Shown piece by piece: positions 14,678-23,927 of a stretch of 24,574 bases of DNA. Under the pieces are notes generated by a model, which was given only the letters and a program-made list of their open reading frames with translations, had not been told where the DNA came from and did not search any database. The first letter of the stretch is position 1, and the number at the start of each line of letters is the position of its first letter. The DNA lies in the IMG/VR virus record IMGVR_UViG_3300044568_001207, positions 1-24,574 of that record; one strand, written 5' to 3'. The DNA comes from a virus. Its lineage: Duplodnaviria; Caudoviricetes. Both the position numbers and the translations under genes were made by a program.

Positions 14678-15081
14678 TGGAAAAGAAACTTTGGGATAGT
14701 ATAGACGGTAGCATGCTAAAAAGTCTACCCAACGCGGCCAAGGGATATGAACAGCGTATTAGCGTACCTGAGTTTACATTTCTAGGTGGCGCAAATCAAC
14801 CAGACTTTGGTGATGTTACTATTTGGTTTTATGGTAATGCTAAGACTATTGAATTAAAAAGTCTCAAGCAATACCTATTCCAATACCGTGACACTAGATT
14901 AAGTTACGAACGTGCATTGGATGTTATGTATAAAGATCTTAAAGCAGTATACGAACCAGATCGTATTCGTATAGAAATTGAATATCGCCCTAGAGGCGGC
15001 ATTAGCAGTAGAATGACAGTAGACAGTGACTGGGGCCATCTAGGCGGCACTGATCAAATTTGGCAACATCACAAGGACTAA
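14677..15081 (+). CDS. QueF-like tunnel-fold protein lacking the catalytic cysteine
   Basis: [33 protein letters not shown] and RPRGGI align with unimodular QueF (PEFTSLCPxTGQPDFA / ExKSLKLYxxSFRN / HE / PRGGI). Confidence 0.78.
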   Translation: MEKKLWDSIDGSMLKSLPNAAKGYEQRISVPEFTFLGGANQPDFGDVTIWFYGNAKTIELKSLKQYLFQYRDTRLSYERALDVMYKDLKAVYEPDRIRIEIEYRPRGGISSRMTVDSDWGHLGGTDQIWQHHKD

Positions 15082-15082
15082 C

Positions 15083-16369
15083 ATGGATTATAAAATAAAA
15101 GATATAAGTTTGGCGGCTTGGGGGCATAAAGAAATAGCCATCGCTGAAACAGAAATGCCAGGGCTAATAGCCATTAGAGATGAGTTCAAAGAAGCTCAAC
15201 CACTTAAAGGTGCACGTATCTCTGGGTCATTACACATGACTATTCAAACAGCAGTATTGGTTGAAACACTAGTTGCTCTTGGTGCTGAAGTACGTTGGAG
15301 TTCATGTAACATATTTTCAACACAGGATCACGCTGCCGCCGCACTTGCTGATCTGGGTATTCCTGTATTCGCCTGGAAAGGTGAAACAGAAGAAGAATAT
15401 TGGGATTGTATTGAACGCACACTGAGTGGTCCTAATGACTGGCGGCCAAATATGTTACTTGATGATGGACATGATTTAACTTATTATGTACACAAACATC
15501 ACCCAGGCCTATTAGAAGGCATCCGCGGTGTAACAGAAGAAACAACCACAGGTATTCATAAGATCAACGAAGCGATTGCCAAAGGTGAATTTAAGTTACG
15601 TGCTATTAATGTTAATGACAGCGTAACCAAAGCCAAGTTTGATAACTTGTATGGATGCCGTGAATCATTAGTTGACGGCATTAAACGTGCCACTGATGTT
15701 ATGATTGCTGGTAAAGTAGCAGTGGTAGCAGGCTTTGGTGATGTAGGTAAAGGATCAGCTGCCGCACTTCGCGCCTTGTCAGCACAGGTATGGGTAACTG
15801 AGATTGATCCTATCTGCGCACTACAGGCGGCTATGGAAGGTTATCGAGTTGTTACCATGGACTATGCCGCAGATAAGGCAGACATCTTCGTAACAGCCAC
15901 AGGTAATATTGATGTTATCACTCGTGACCATATGGTCAAGATGAAGCACAACAGTATCGTATGTAACATTGGACACTTTGACAGTGAGATCGACATCGCC
16001 GGTATACAAGATCTAGCCTGGGACGAAATCAAGCCACAAGTAGATCATGTTACATTACCAAACGGTAATAAGATCATTATCCTTGCTAAAGGCAGACTAG
16101 TTAACCTAGGTTGTGCTACAGGACATCCAAGTTATGTAATGAGTAATTCATTTACTAACCAAGTTCTAGCACAGATTGAAATGTTCACCAACACTGAAGA
16201 TTATCAGATTGGACATTTATATCTATTACCTAAACATTTGGATGAGAAGGTTGCTCAATTACATCTAGCTAAAGTTGGTGCAGAACTAACAGAGTTAACC
16301 ACTGATCAAGCCACATACATTGGCGTTGCGGTCGCAGGCCCATATAAACCTGATAGTTATCGTTATTAA
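15083..16369 (+). CDS. ahcY: S-adenosyl-L-homocysteine hydrolase
   Basis: [76 protein letters not shown] and C-terminal YRY. Confidence 0.98.
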   Translation: MDYKIKDISLAAWGHKEIAIAETEMPGLIAIRDEFKEAQPLKGARISGSLHMTIQTAVLVETLVALGAEVRWSSCNIFSTQDHAAAALADLGIPVFAWKGETEEEYWDCIERTLSGPNDWRPNMLLDDGHDLTYYVHKHHPGLLEGIRGVTEETTTGIHKINEAIAKGEFKLRAINVNDSVTKAKFDNLYGCRESLVDGIKRATDVMIAGKVAVVAGFGDVGKGSAAALRALSAQVWVTEIDPICALQAAMEGYRVVTMDYAADKADIFVTATGNIDVITRDHMVKMKHNSIVCNIGHFDSEIDIAGIQDLAWDEIKPQVDHVTLPNGNKIIILAKGRLVNLGCATGHPSYVMSNSFTNQVLAQIEMFTNTEDYQIGHLYLLPKHLDEKVAQLHLAKVGAELTELTTDQATYIGVAVAGPYKPDSYRY

Positions 16370-16407
16370 TTGATCATTAAGTAATATTTTAACCTACGGG
16401 TTCTGTA

Positions 16408-16462
16408 TATAAATAAAAACGTGGCTAAAAGGCAACAAAATTTTATTCTGTGGCTTTTTAGC
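16408..16462 (+). promoter_or_regulatory. Late promoter TATAAATA followed by a 5'-leader hairpin
   Basis: TATAAATA at 16408-16415. Imperfect inverted repeat GCTAAAAGGCAACA...TGTGGCTTTTTAGC at 16424-16462. GAGGA SD before 16488. Confidence 0.6.
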
Positions 16463-16487
16463 AACAATTTATAACCGAGGAAACACA

Positions 16488-17078
16488 ATGAAAAAAACTT
16501 TAATCGCAACACTTATCGCTGGCCTATCATTTGGCACAGTAGCAATGGCTGAAGATGGCAAAAACTTTGCTCACATTCAATACACATTCCGAGACACAGT
16601 TTCTGATGACAAAGCTGCACCTAATAGACAAGGTGTTAACTTTACAATTGGCCGCAAAGTGTTAGATAACCTAACAATTGACTTAGGTGAACAATTCCGT
16701 ACTGAACGTCTAAACAATGATGCTGGTGTAAACACAACACGTTTAGAAGCAGGTGCTACATACTCATACAATCTACTTCCAGCTGTGTCATTATACACAC
16801 GTGGTGGTCTAGGCCAGAAGTTTACTTCAAATCAAGACTATACATACTATTCAGTTGAACCGGGTATCAAATACTCTTTAACAGATGCATTAGCAGTTAA
16901 AGCAGGATACCGTTTCCGTGATGCGTTCAATGACTCGTACAATGAAAAAACAAACACAGTGCGATTTGGTGCTGAATACGCTCTTGCTAAAGATCAAGCA
17001 TTAACACTAGGAATTGATCGTAGCTATGGCGCTAGTGACTTCATTGGTTACAATGCAGGTTACATGATCAAGTTCTAA
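16488..17078 (+). CDS. Outer-membrane beta-barrel protein (small porin-like)
   Basis: Sec signal peptide MKKTLIATLIAGLSFGTVAMA, alternating amphipathic aromatic-rich strands, and a C-terminal beta-signal YNAGYMIKF. Confidence 0.85.
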   Translation: MKKTLIATLIAGLSFGTVAMAEDGKNFAHIQYTFRDTVSDDKAAPNRQGVNFTIGRKVLDNLTIDLGEQFRTERLNNDAGVNTTRLEAGATYSYNLLPAVSLYTRGGLGQKFTSNQDYTYYSVEPGIKYSLTDALAVKAGYRFRDAFNDSYNEKTNTVRFGAEYALAKDQALTLGIDRSYGASDFIGYNAGYMIKF

Positions 17079-17125
17079 TCAAACTAATAACGCCTCTTAA
17101 CAATGCGCAACCTTTATTAGTATCC

Positions 17126-17153
17126 AAAAAAGGCTATTTCGATAGCCTTTTTT
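17126..17153 (+). terminator. Intrinsic terminator (potentially bidirectional)
   Basis: AAAAAAGGCTAT-TTCG-ATAGCCTTTTTT. Confidence 0.9.
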
Positions 17154-17154
17154 C

Positions 17155-17183
17155 TTGACTTTATTTTTTAGACGTGTTATTAT
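17155..17183 (+). promoter_or_regulatory. Sigma70-type promoter
   Basis: TTGACT (17155-17160), 17-nt spacer, TATTAT (17178-17183), with extended TG at 17175-17176. An overlapping TATAAT is at 17181-17186. Confidence 0.7.
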
Positions 17184-17216
17184 AATAAGGTAATAATCTT
17201 ATAAGAGGAAACAAAA

Positions 17217-17378
17217 ATGTTTGATTCAATTGAAATTCGTAAAGTAACAAATGGGTTCGTGGTAATTTTAACTACACCTGATGAAGATACCAAAGAGTAT
17301 GTTTTTGATACCAGTCGTAAAGCTATCAAGTTCATTAAAGAATACGTAGAAGCTAAAGTAGCTAACACCGTAGCATAA
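17217..17378 (+). CDS. 53-aa hypothetical protein (not in the ORF track)
   Basis: MFDSIEIRKVTNGFVVILTTPDEDTKEYVFDTSRKAIKFIKEYVEAKVANTVA, with GAGGA SD and its own promoter. Confidence 0.8.
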   Translation: MFDSIEIRKVTNGFVVILTTPDEDTKEYVFDTSRKAIKFIKEYVEAKVANTVA

Positions 17379-17401
17379 TTTTTCTGCCTCATTTTAGTAA
17401 A

Positions 17402-17408
17402 ATAAATA
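17402..17408 (+). promoter_or_regulatory. Putative late promoter ATAAATA upstream of the rmlB operon
   Basis: Same motif as at 3648, 6622, 16408 and 22228. Intergenic. Confidence 0.5.
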
Positions 17409-17447
17409 CTAGAAAGCAGTAAAATTCAACGAAAACTGGAGAAATCA

Positions 17448-18479
17448 ATGTCAAAAACCGTCTTAGTGACTGGCGGTGCGGGTTTTATCGCACACCACGT
17501 TATTGAAAATATTTTAAGAAATACCGATTGGAACGTAGTCAGCTTAGACAGACTAGACTTCTCGGGTAATCTAAATCGTCTATCAGATATGATGGCTGAT
17601 TTTGATACAGAAACACGTAAGCGTGTTAAGATCGTATTCCATGATCTACGTGCAGAATTAAATCCAATGGTGGTACGTGACATTGGTGATGTGAACTATG
17701 TTCTACACTTGGCCGCAGGTAGCCATGTTGATCGCAGTATCGAATTCCCAATGGAGTTTGTCTGGGACAACGTAGTTGGTACAGGTCATATTTTAGAGTT
17801 TAGCCGTAAACTAAAAAATCTAGAACGTTTTATCTACTTCTCAACTGATGAAGTATTTGGTCCAGCACCTAATGGTGTTAACTATGCTGAACGTGATCGT
17901 TACAATAGTTCAAACCCATATTCAGCTACCAAAGCTGGCGGTGAAGAACTAGCAGTGGCATTTGAAAATACCTACAAGTTACCTATCTATATCACACATA
18001 CCATGAACGTGTTTGGTCAACGCCAACACCCAGAAAAGTTTATTCCTATGTGTATCCGTAAGGTAAACGATGGTGATGCTATTACTATCCACAGTGATGC
18101 TACTAGAACTATTCCAGGCAGTCGTTTCTATATCCACGCGGCAGATGTAGCTGATGCTATGATGTTCTTGCTGGGATTAGATGCAACTAAATTAGAAGCA
18201 GACTATGGTGATGCACGTTGTCCTAAGTTCAATCTAGTAGGCAAACAAGAAATTAACAATTTACAACTAGCACAGATTATCGCTGATGCGCAAGGAAAAG
18301 AATTGAAGTACGAAATGGTTGACTTCCATAGCTCACGCCCAGGACATGACTTGCGTTATGCTCTCAGCGGTGACTACATGCGCAGTTTAGGTTGGGAACC
18401 TAAGGTTAGTTTAACAGAACGTATCGGTGAAGTAGTACAATGGACATTAAAGAATGACCGTTGGTTACGTTGCGAATAA
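17448..18479 (+). CDS. rfbB: dTDP-glucose 4,6-dehydratase (RmlB/RfbB family)
   Basis: TGGAGFIA, HLAAGSHVDRSI, STDEVFG, YSATK, QHPEKFIP and RPGHDLRY. Confidence 0.9.
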   Translation: MSKTVLVTGGAGFIAHHVIENILRNTDWNVVSLDRLDFSGNLNRLSDMMADFDTETRKRVKIVFHDLRAELNPMVVRDIGDVNYVLHLAAGSHVDRSIEFPMEFVWDNVVGTGHILEFSRKLKNLERFIYFSTDEVFGPAPNGVNYAERDRYNSSNPYSATKAGGEELAVAFENTYKLPIYITHTMNVFGQRQHPEKFIPMCIRKVNDGDAITIHSDATRTIPGSRFYIHAADVADAMMFLLGLDATKLEADYGDARCPKFNLVGKQEINNLQLAQIIADAQGKELKYEMVDFHSSRPGHDLRYALSGDYMRSLGWEPKVSLTERIGEVVQWTLKNDRWLRCE

Positions 18480-18487
18480 GGACTAAT

Positions 18488-19225
18488 ATGAAAAATATCG
18501 TATTGCTAACATCAGCAGTGTATACTAATTATGGGATCTATGATCCCAAACAACGTATTCAGCAGACCTTAGACACAGCTAAAAGTGCTAAGAAATATAT
18601 CCCTGGCGCTGTGATTGTTCTAGTAGACAACAGTAAAGTTGATGTACAAAATGATACTAGTGCAGAGTTTGAAGAACTCATTGACCTAGTTGACTACTAC
18701 ATTGACAACAGTGACGACGCTGACATCAAGTACTTCCATGACAATGTACAGAACTACGACATTGGTAAGAATGCCATGGAAGCATTAGGTATTATGAAAG
18801 CATTGACTTATATCAGCAATGAAAAAGACATGCTGAAAGAAGTTAAAGATGCTGATCGTATTTTTAAACTCAGTGGTCGATATCAAGTAACAGATAAGTT
18901 TGATATTAAACAATTTGATAATGCTACTACTAAAGACAAGTATGTGTTTAAGAAAGCACAACCAAGTTGGATCAATCCCGCTGACACGGGAGTTAACACA
19001 CTACTGCAAACACGTCTATGGTCGTTCACTCCTAGTCTATTAACTGATACTATCGATATGTATAACAAAATTATTGATACTATGGTAGGTTTATTTAATC
19101 AAAACAAATATATCGATAACGAACATGCGATGGCTAAATTTATCCCCAAGGATAAACTAGTTGAATTAGACATTGTTGGCTTGCAAGGAAATATTGCACC
19201 CAATGGCATGATGATCATTGATTGA
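18488..19225 (+). CDS. Hypothetical protein, possibly glycosyltransferase-like
   Basis: ATG 18488 with AAGGA SD. LTSA, LVDNS, RIFKLSGRY and DNEH motifs. Located inside an NDP-sugar operon. Confidence 0.6.
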   Translation: MKNIVLLTSAVYTNYGIYDPKQRIQQTLDTAKSAKKYIPGAVIVLVDNSKVDVQNDTSAEFEELIDLVDYYIDNSDDADIKYFHDNVQNYDIGKNAMEALGIMKALTYISNEKDMLKEVKDADRIFKLSGRYQVTDKFDIKQFDNATTKDKYVFKKAQPSWINPADTGVNTLLQTRLWSFTPSLLTDTIDMYNKIIDTMVGLFNQNKYIDNEHAMAKFIPKDKLVELDIVGLQGNIAPNGMMIID

Positions 19226-20148
19226 TGAAAAAAATATTAATTCTAGGTGGTGCGGGTTATATTGGCACTAGGCTCAGAGAAGTCCTGAGGGAACAACACT
19301 TTGTTAAGACCAACGATATTTGTTGGTTTAATCATGATGAAACCAGTGACCGCAGAGATTACCATAAGCTGACAAAGAAAGAATTAGCAGAAGTCGAAGT
19401 AGTCATAGTGCTAGCAGGACACAGCAGTGTGCCGAGCTGTCTTGGCACATTATACAGTCCTTGGTTAAACAATGTCACTAACTTTACAGACTTATTAGAT
19501 AAACTAGATGATCAATTGGTTATCTATGCTAGTTCAGCTAGTGTGTATGGTAATAGTGCTCCTGGCGAACGCCACAAAGAAACTAACACACACTTTACTC
19601 CTGTTAATAACTATGACGTAACAAAGTACGCATTAGATCAACAGGCGATTATATCAAATCTAAAAGGTCGGCGTGTAATAGGTCTAAGATTTGGTACTGT
19701 TAATGGATATAGTGCTAACCTACGTGTTGATGTAATGATCAATAGTATGTATCACAGTGTGCAGAATGGCACAGGTATACAAGTAACAAACAAACACATC
19801 AGTCGTGCTATGTTAGGTATAGAAGATCTATGCCGTGCGGTGGAACGTTGTATTGAACAACCAGTGCCGGGTATCTATAACCTAAGTAGTTTTAACGCCA
19901 CAGTTGGTGAGATAGCTGAAGCTGTTAGTAGGAAACTCGGTGCCGAGATAGTAGACAATGGTAATACTGCCAATGCCTATGACTTTGCATTAGATACAAC
20001 TTTGTTTGAACAGACATTTGATTTTGAATTTAAAGAAACACCAGATACGATATTAAATGGATTGATAGAACACTATGGAGAAAGTTTGCCACAGTGGAGA
20101 GACAAATATATAATTTATAATTGGGAATCAGATCATGCAAGACGCTAA
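19225..20148 (+). CDS. NAD(P)-dependent NDP-sugar epimerase/reductase (extended SDR)
   Basis: LGGAGYIG, YASSASVYG, YDVTK (YxxxK) and LRFGTVNG. TGATG overlap gives start 19225. Confidence 0.87.
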   Translation: MKKILILGGAGYIGTRLREVLREQHFVKTNDICWFNHDETSDRRDYHKLTKKELAEVEVVIVLAGHSSVPSCLGTLYSPWLNNVTNFTDLLDKLDDQLVIYASSASVYGNSAPGERHKETNTHFTPVNNYDVTKYALDQQAIISNLKGRRVIGLRFGTVNGYSANLRVDVMINSMYHSVQNGTGIQVTNKHISRAMLGIEDLCRAVERCIEQPVPGIYNLSSFNATVGEIAEAVSRKLGAEIVDNGNTANAYDFALDTTLFEQTFDFEFKETPDTILNGLIEHYGESLPQWRDKYIIYNWESDHARR

Positions 20149-21346
20149 AGAACTTAATGAATGCTTGTGCTGTGGTAGTGAACGACTAAAATTAGTCCTA
20201 GACTTAAATGAACAACCGCTGGCTAATAGTTTTAAAAAAACTGCTGAGGAAGCGGAGCCAACATTCCCATTATGCTTAAACATCTGTGAAGAGTGTACAC
20301 ACTTGCAATTAAGTCACGCAGTTAATCCAGATTTATTGTTTAAGAACTATCTATATGTAAGTGGCACAAGTCAAACACTTCGTGACTACTTTGATTGGTT
20401 CGCTAAACGTACCTTAGAATATTTTGAGACAACCCCACAAACAGTTTTAGATATCGCCTGCAACGATGGCAGCCAACTAAATTCATTTAAAGCTCTAGGA
20501 TTAAAGACCTATGGTGTTGACCCGGCTGAAAATCTACATCCGTTGAGCTCAGCTAACCACGACGTAGTCTGTGATTATTTCACAGACAAATATGCTTATC
20601 ATTATGGCAGCAAGAATTTAGACATTATCACAGCACAAAATGTATTTGCGCACAACAGCTATCCACTAGAATTTCTTAAACAGTGTAAAGAAATCATGCA
20701 TGACAAGAGCCGTTTGTTTATCCAAACTAGTCAAGCTGATATGATCAAGAACAATGAGTTTGACACTATATATCATGAGCATCTAAGTTTCTTTAATAGC
20801 AGTTCGATGTCTGCACTTGCGGCACGTGCTGGCTTACATATCATTGATATACAAAAAACCCCTATACATGGTAATAGTTATTTGTTTGTCATGGCTAAGA
20901 CCCCTGGTGCAAGACCAAGTGTACAACTACAATCAGATCAGGAGGGTGAGCAAGGACTACAAGATATGAATACCTATCTTGCCTATGCTGATCATTGCTA
21001 TACCATTATCGGCGATTTAAATTCTACTCTTGATCATTATCGGGGTCTTGGTTATAAACTCGTGGGCTACGGAGCTGCTGCAAAAGGTAACACACTATTA
21101 AACTTTGGTAAGACCAAACTAGATATGATCATCGATGATAATCCAATGAAACAAGGTTTATATAGTCCAGGTATGAGCATTCCTGTGCTAGCGATTGATG
21201 CATTAGATTCATTGGGTGATACCAAAGTAGCATTTGTTCCGTTGGCATGGAACTTCTTTAAAGAAATCAGTAGTAAAATTAAAACTAAACGCGATCAAGA
21301 AGGTGACGTATTCATCAAATACTTCCCTACAGTTAGTGTAAACTAA
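20135..21346 (+). CDS. NDP-hexose C-methyltransferase (NovU/TylC3/TcaB9-type)
   Basis: Zn module CLCCG...QPLANSF...CEEC, YLYVS, LDIACNDG, NVFAH, FDTIYHEHLSFF and GYGAAAKGNT. Confidence 0.88.
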   Translation: MQDAKELNECLCCGSERLKLVLDLNEQPLANSFKKTAEEAEPTFPLCLNICEECTHLQLSHAVNPDLLFKNYLYVSGTSQTLRDYFDWFAKRTLEYFETTPQTVLDIACNDGSQLNSFKALGLKTYGVDPAENLHPLSSANHDVVCDYFTDKYAYHYGSKNLDIITAQNVFAHNSYPLEFLKQCKEIMHDKSRLFIQTSQADMIKNNEFDTIYHEHLSFFNSSSMSALAARAGLHIIDIQKTPIHGNSYLFVMAKTPGARPSVQLQSDQEGEQGLQDMNTYLAYADHCYTIIGDLNSTLDHYRGLGYKLVGYGAAAKGNTLLNFGKTKLDMIIDDNPMKQGLYSPGMSIPVLAIDALDSLGDTKVAFVPLAWNFFKEISSKIKTKRDQEGDVFIKYFPTVSVN

Positions 21347-21355
21347 GGAAAAATA

Positions 21356-22222
21356 ATGGAACAAAATTTAAGACAGATGTACCTAGACATAGTGAGAAAA
21401 ACCATACTTGGGTTAACCTATAGAGATCCATCATTTGATTCTGGCAAGGGTCAGCAAATCGCATTCAATCAGACTGCTAGAGAACTTGGAGAAGATTGGC
21501 CAGTACTAGCACACTCAATGGCTGGTAACAAAAGATTATTAAATATTCAAGAACTTGCTGAAGATGTGATCGATAAAAATATTCCAGGTGACTTCATTGA
21601 AACTGGTGTGTGGCGTGGTGGTGCATGTATATTCATGTCAGCTGTGTTACGTGCTTATGGGATCACTGATCGTAATGTTTATGTATGTGATAGTTTTCAA
21701 GGCCTACCGCCGCCAAAGGATCACGAATATCCAGTGGACCGCGGTGACACACATCATACAGCGCCGTTCCTAGCAGTTAACCTTGAACAAGTACAACAAA
21801 ATTTTGAAGGGTATGATTTACTCACTGATCAAGTAAAATTCGTCAAAGGTTGGTTCAGTGACACACTACCAACGCTTGCTGTAGAAAAATTAGCTATCTT
21901 AAGACTGGATGGTGATATGTATGAGTCAACTATCGTGGCATTGGAGAACTTATATCCTAGACTATCAGTAGGCGGATATGTTATTGTTGATGACTATGGA
22001 TTGCCTAACTGCCGTCGTGCTTTAGCAGACTATAGAGAGTTTCACGAAATTGACAGCGAGTATATTACCATTGACAACAGTTCAGTGTATTGGGTGAAAA
22101 ATAAAGAACTTGATGCCGATAAAATAGAACATAGATTTAAAAATACAGACCCTGTACCAGAGGTGCCAGCACCAACATTTTCTATGCCCAATAGAGGCGG
22201 TAGTATCAGTAGCGTATTTTAG
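21356..22222 (+). CDS. TylF/MycF/NovP-family sugar O-methyltransferase
   Basis: PGDFIETGVWRGG, DSFQGLP, KGWFSDTLP, RLDGDMYEST and IVDDY. Confidence 0.92.
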   Translation: MEQNLRQMYLDIVRKTILGLTYRDPSFDSGKGQQIAFNQTARELGEDWPVLAHSMAGNKRLLNIQELAEDVIDKNIPGDFIETGVWRGGACIFMSAVLRAYGITDRNVYVCDSFQGLPPPKDHEYPVDRGDTHHTAPFLAVNLEQVQQNFEGYDLLTDQVKFVKGWFSDTLPTLAVEKLAILRLDGDMYESTIVALENLYPRLSVGGYVIVDDYGLPNCRRALADYREFHEIDSEYITIDNSSVYWVKNKELDADKIEHRFKNTDPVPEVPAPTFSMPNRGGSISSVF

Positions 22223-22227
22223 ACCAA

Positions 22228-22234
22228 ATAAATA
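22228..22234 (+). promoter_or_regulatory. Putative late promoter ATAAATA
   Basis: TAAATA at 22229-22234, 5 nt before ATG 22240, with no SD. Confidence 0.5.
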
Positions 22235-22239
22235 CATGC

Positions 22240-23148
22240 ATGAAGAAAACCGTTGTTTCACATTTCTATAACGAAGAGCATTTATTGCCTTGGTGGTTAC
22301 GCCAACATAAACAAATATTTGATCATGGAATCATGATTGATTACGCTAGTAATGATCGCAGCGTTGAGATTATTCGAAAAATATGTCCAACATGGGAAAT
22401 CAGACCCAGCGGTAATACAAACTTTTCCGATAGTACAGCTATTGATAATGAAGTTATGGATATCGAAAGAGGTTTAGATGGGTGGCGTATGTGTTTAAAT
22501 ACTACAGAATTTTTGTATGGTAATATAAATCATCTCGACGATAGAACAGAATCAACACAGTATTTCATTGGAAACTATGTATTTGTTGACATGGAAGATG
22601 AAACTAAAGGCCCCCTTGCACTATCACATGATATACCATTACATGAACAACGCTATTGGGGATATCACGAGTTTTCAAATTCCGGCGCAGGACATGGGCC
22701 CATCATGGGCAGGATAAATCGTAGCCTACATAATTATCCTGTAAGCTATAAAGGTGGAAGGCACTGGGGTGGCGTGGATTATCCAAAATCATTTGATGAT
22801 CTGGTAATATTCTATTATGGATGGGCAGATGTCAGTGATTTGGGTCTAAAAAGAAAAACGCAAATATCCACCGAAAAAGGTGGTAGCGGGCCTCACGCAT
22901 TCACTAAAGAACAATTTTTAGATTTTTATAGAACAGCGCATCGACCGATTAGTAGAAATCTTAAAGATATCGTAGAAGGCATTTATTCAGCGCAACAACG
23001 TTCAATTGAGAATAGACAACCGGTAGAAGATCAACATGATATAGAACAGCCCATTAAAGAAATTGCGGCTATTAGATTAGGGTCGACGAGCGATATCCTA
23101 GCAACAGAATCAAAATTAATACAAGCCGAGCCAAGGGTAATTGGATGA
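22240..23148 (+). CDS. GT2-like glycosyltransferase, paralog 1
   Basis: HFYNEEHLLPWW...FDHGIMIDYASNDRSVEI, typical of a GT2-type N-terminal nucleotide-binding region. Confidence 0.75.
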   Translation: MKKTVVSHFYNEEHLLPWWLRQHKQIFDHGIMIDYASNDRSVEIIRKICPTWEIRPSGNTNFSDSTAIDNEVMDIERGLDGWRMCLNTTEFLYGNINHLDDRTESTQYFIGNYVFVDMEDETKGPLALSHDIPLHEQRYWGYHEFSNSGAGHGPIMGRINRSLHNYPVSYKGGRHWGGVDYPKSFDDLVIFYYGWADVSDLGLKRKTQISTEKGGSGPHAFTKEQFLDFYRTAHRPISRNLKDIVEGIYSAQQRSIENRQPVEDQHDIEQPIKEIAAIRLGSTSDILATESKLIQAEPRVIG

Positions 23149-23927
23149 AGAAAACCGTATTATGTCATTTCTATAACGAAGAATATATGCTACCATGGTT
23201 CCTTAACCATCACAAGCAGATATTTGACCATGGAGTGATGATTGATTATCACAGCACTGATCGTAGTGTAGAAATTATTAAAAGTATTTGCCCAACTTGG
23301 ACGGTCATAACTAGTCGTAACCCAGACTTCCAGGCAGATACCATTGACACTGAAGTTAACGACATTGAAAGTCAAATTGATGGATGGAAGATTTGCCTTA
23401 ATGTTACAGAACAATTAATTGGTGACTACAGTATCTTAGATGATGAGCCTCGACAACTGCTGGTACCTAGTGTGTTTTTTGTTGACTGTGATAGAGAACG
23501 AAGCGTTACACAAGATCTGCCATTGTACGAACAAAAGTTTGATGGATTCTTGTTCAGCGATAATCAACAAAACTTTTTAGAACGTCGTAGTCGCAGCCTA
23601 CATAATATTCCTGTACACTACCCAGCACAATCAACACAGGCATGTATGGCTCCAGGACGTCATTGGAATACATATAATACAGATAAGTTGGTGACATTCT
23701 ATTATGGTTGGTGCCCATTGGATGCAGCCGGCTTTGCTCGCAAGCTACAGATACAAACACAGATACCCTTGATTGATCGCCAGTTAAATCGTGGGTTCCA
23801 TCATATCACAAACAAAGAAACATTAACCTATAGGCTTGAAAATGAATTCATGCCTCGAGCAAGAAATATATCAAAGGAAATACAACAGTATGTCAATACG
23901 CACAAAAATCTTTCAAATATACTTTAA
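23145..23927 (+). CDS. GT2-like glycosyltransferase, paralog 2
   Basis: HFYNEEYMLPWF...FDHGVMIDYHSTDRSVEI. ATGA overlap with paralog 1. Confidence 0.75.
   Translation: MKKTVLCHFYNEEYMLPWFLNHHKQIFDHGVMIDYHSTDRSVEIIKSICPTWTVITSRNPDFQADTIDTEVNDIESQIDGWKICLNVTEQLIGDYSILDDEPRQLLVPSVFFVDCDRERSVTQDLPLYEQKFDGFLFSDNQQNFLERRSRSLHNIPVHYPAQSTQACMAPGRHWNTYNTDKLVTFYYGWCPLDAAGFARKLQIQTQIPLIDRQLNRGFHHITNKETLTYRLENEFMPRARNISKEIQQYVNTHKNLSNIL

Noticed and set aside
14446-15083. SAH or preQ1 riboswitch upstream of ahcY or the queF-like gene
   Set aside because: The genes are abutting (overlap or a 1-nt gap) and no aptamer consensus is visible.
6608-18487. Track start codons at 6608, 8833, 10171 and 18461
   Set aside because: These extensions overlap a tRNA or the upstream gene. 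Downstream ATGs (6635, 8929, 10222, 18488) have coupling, SD or promoter support.
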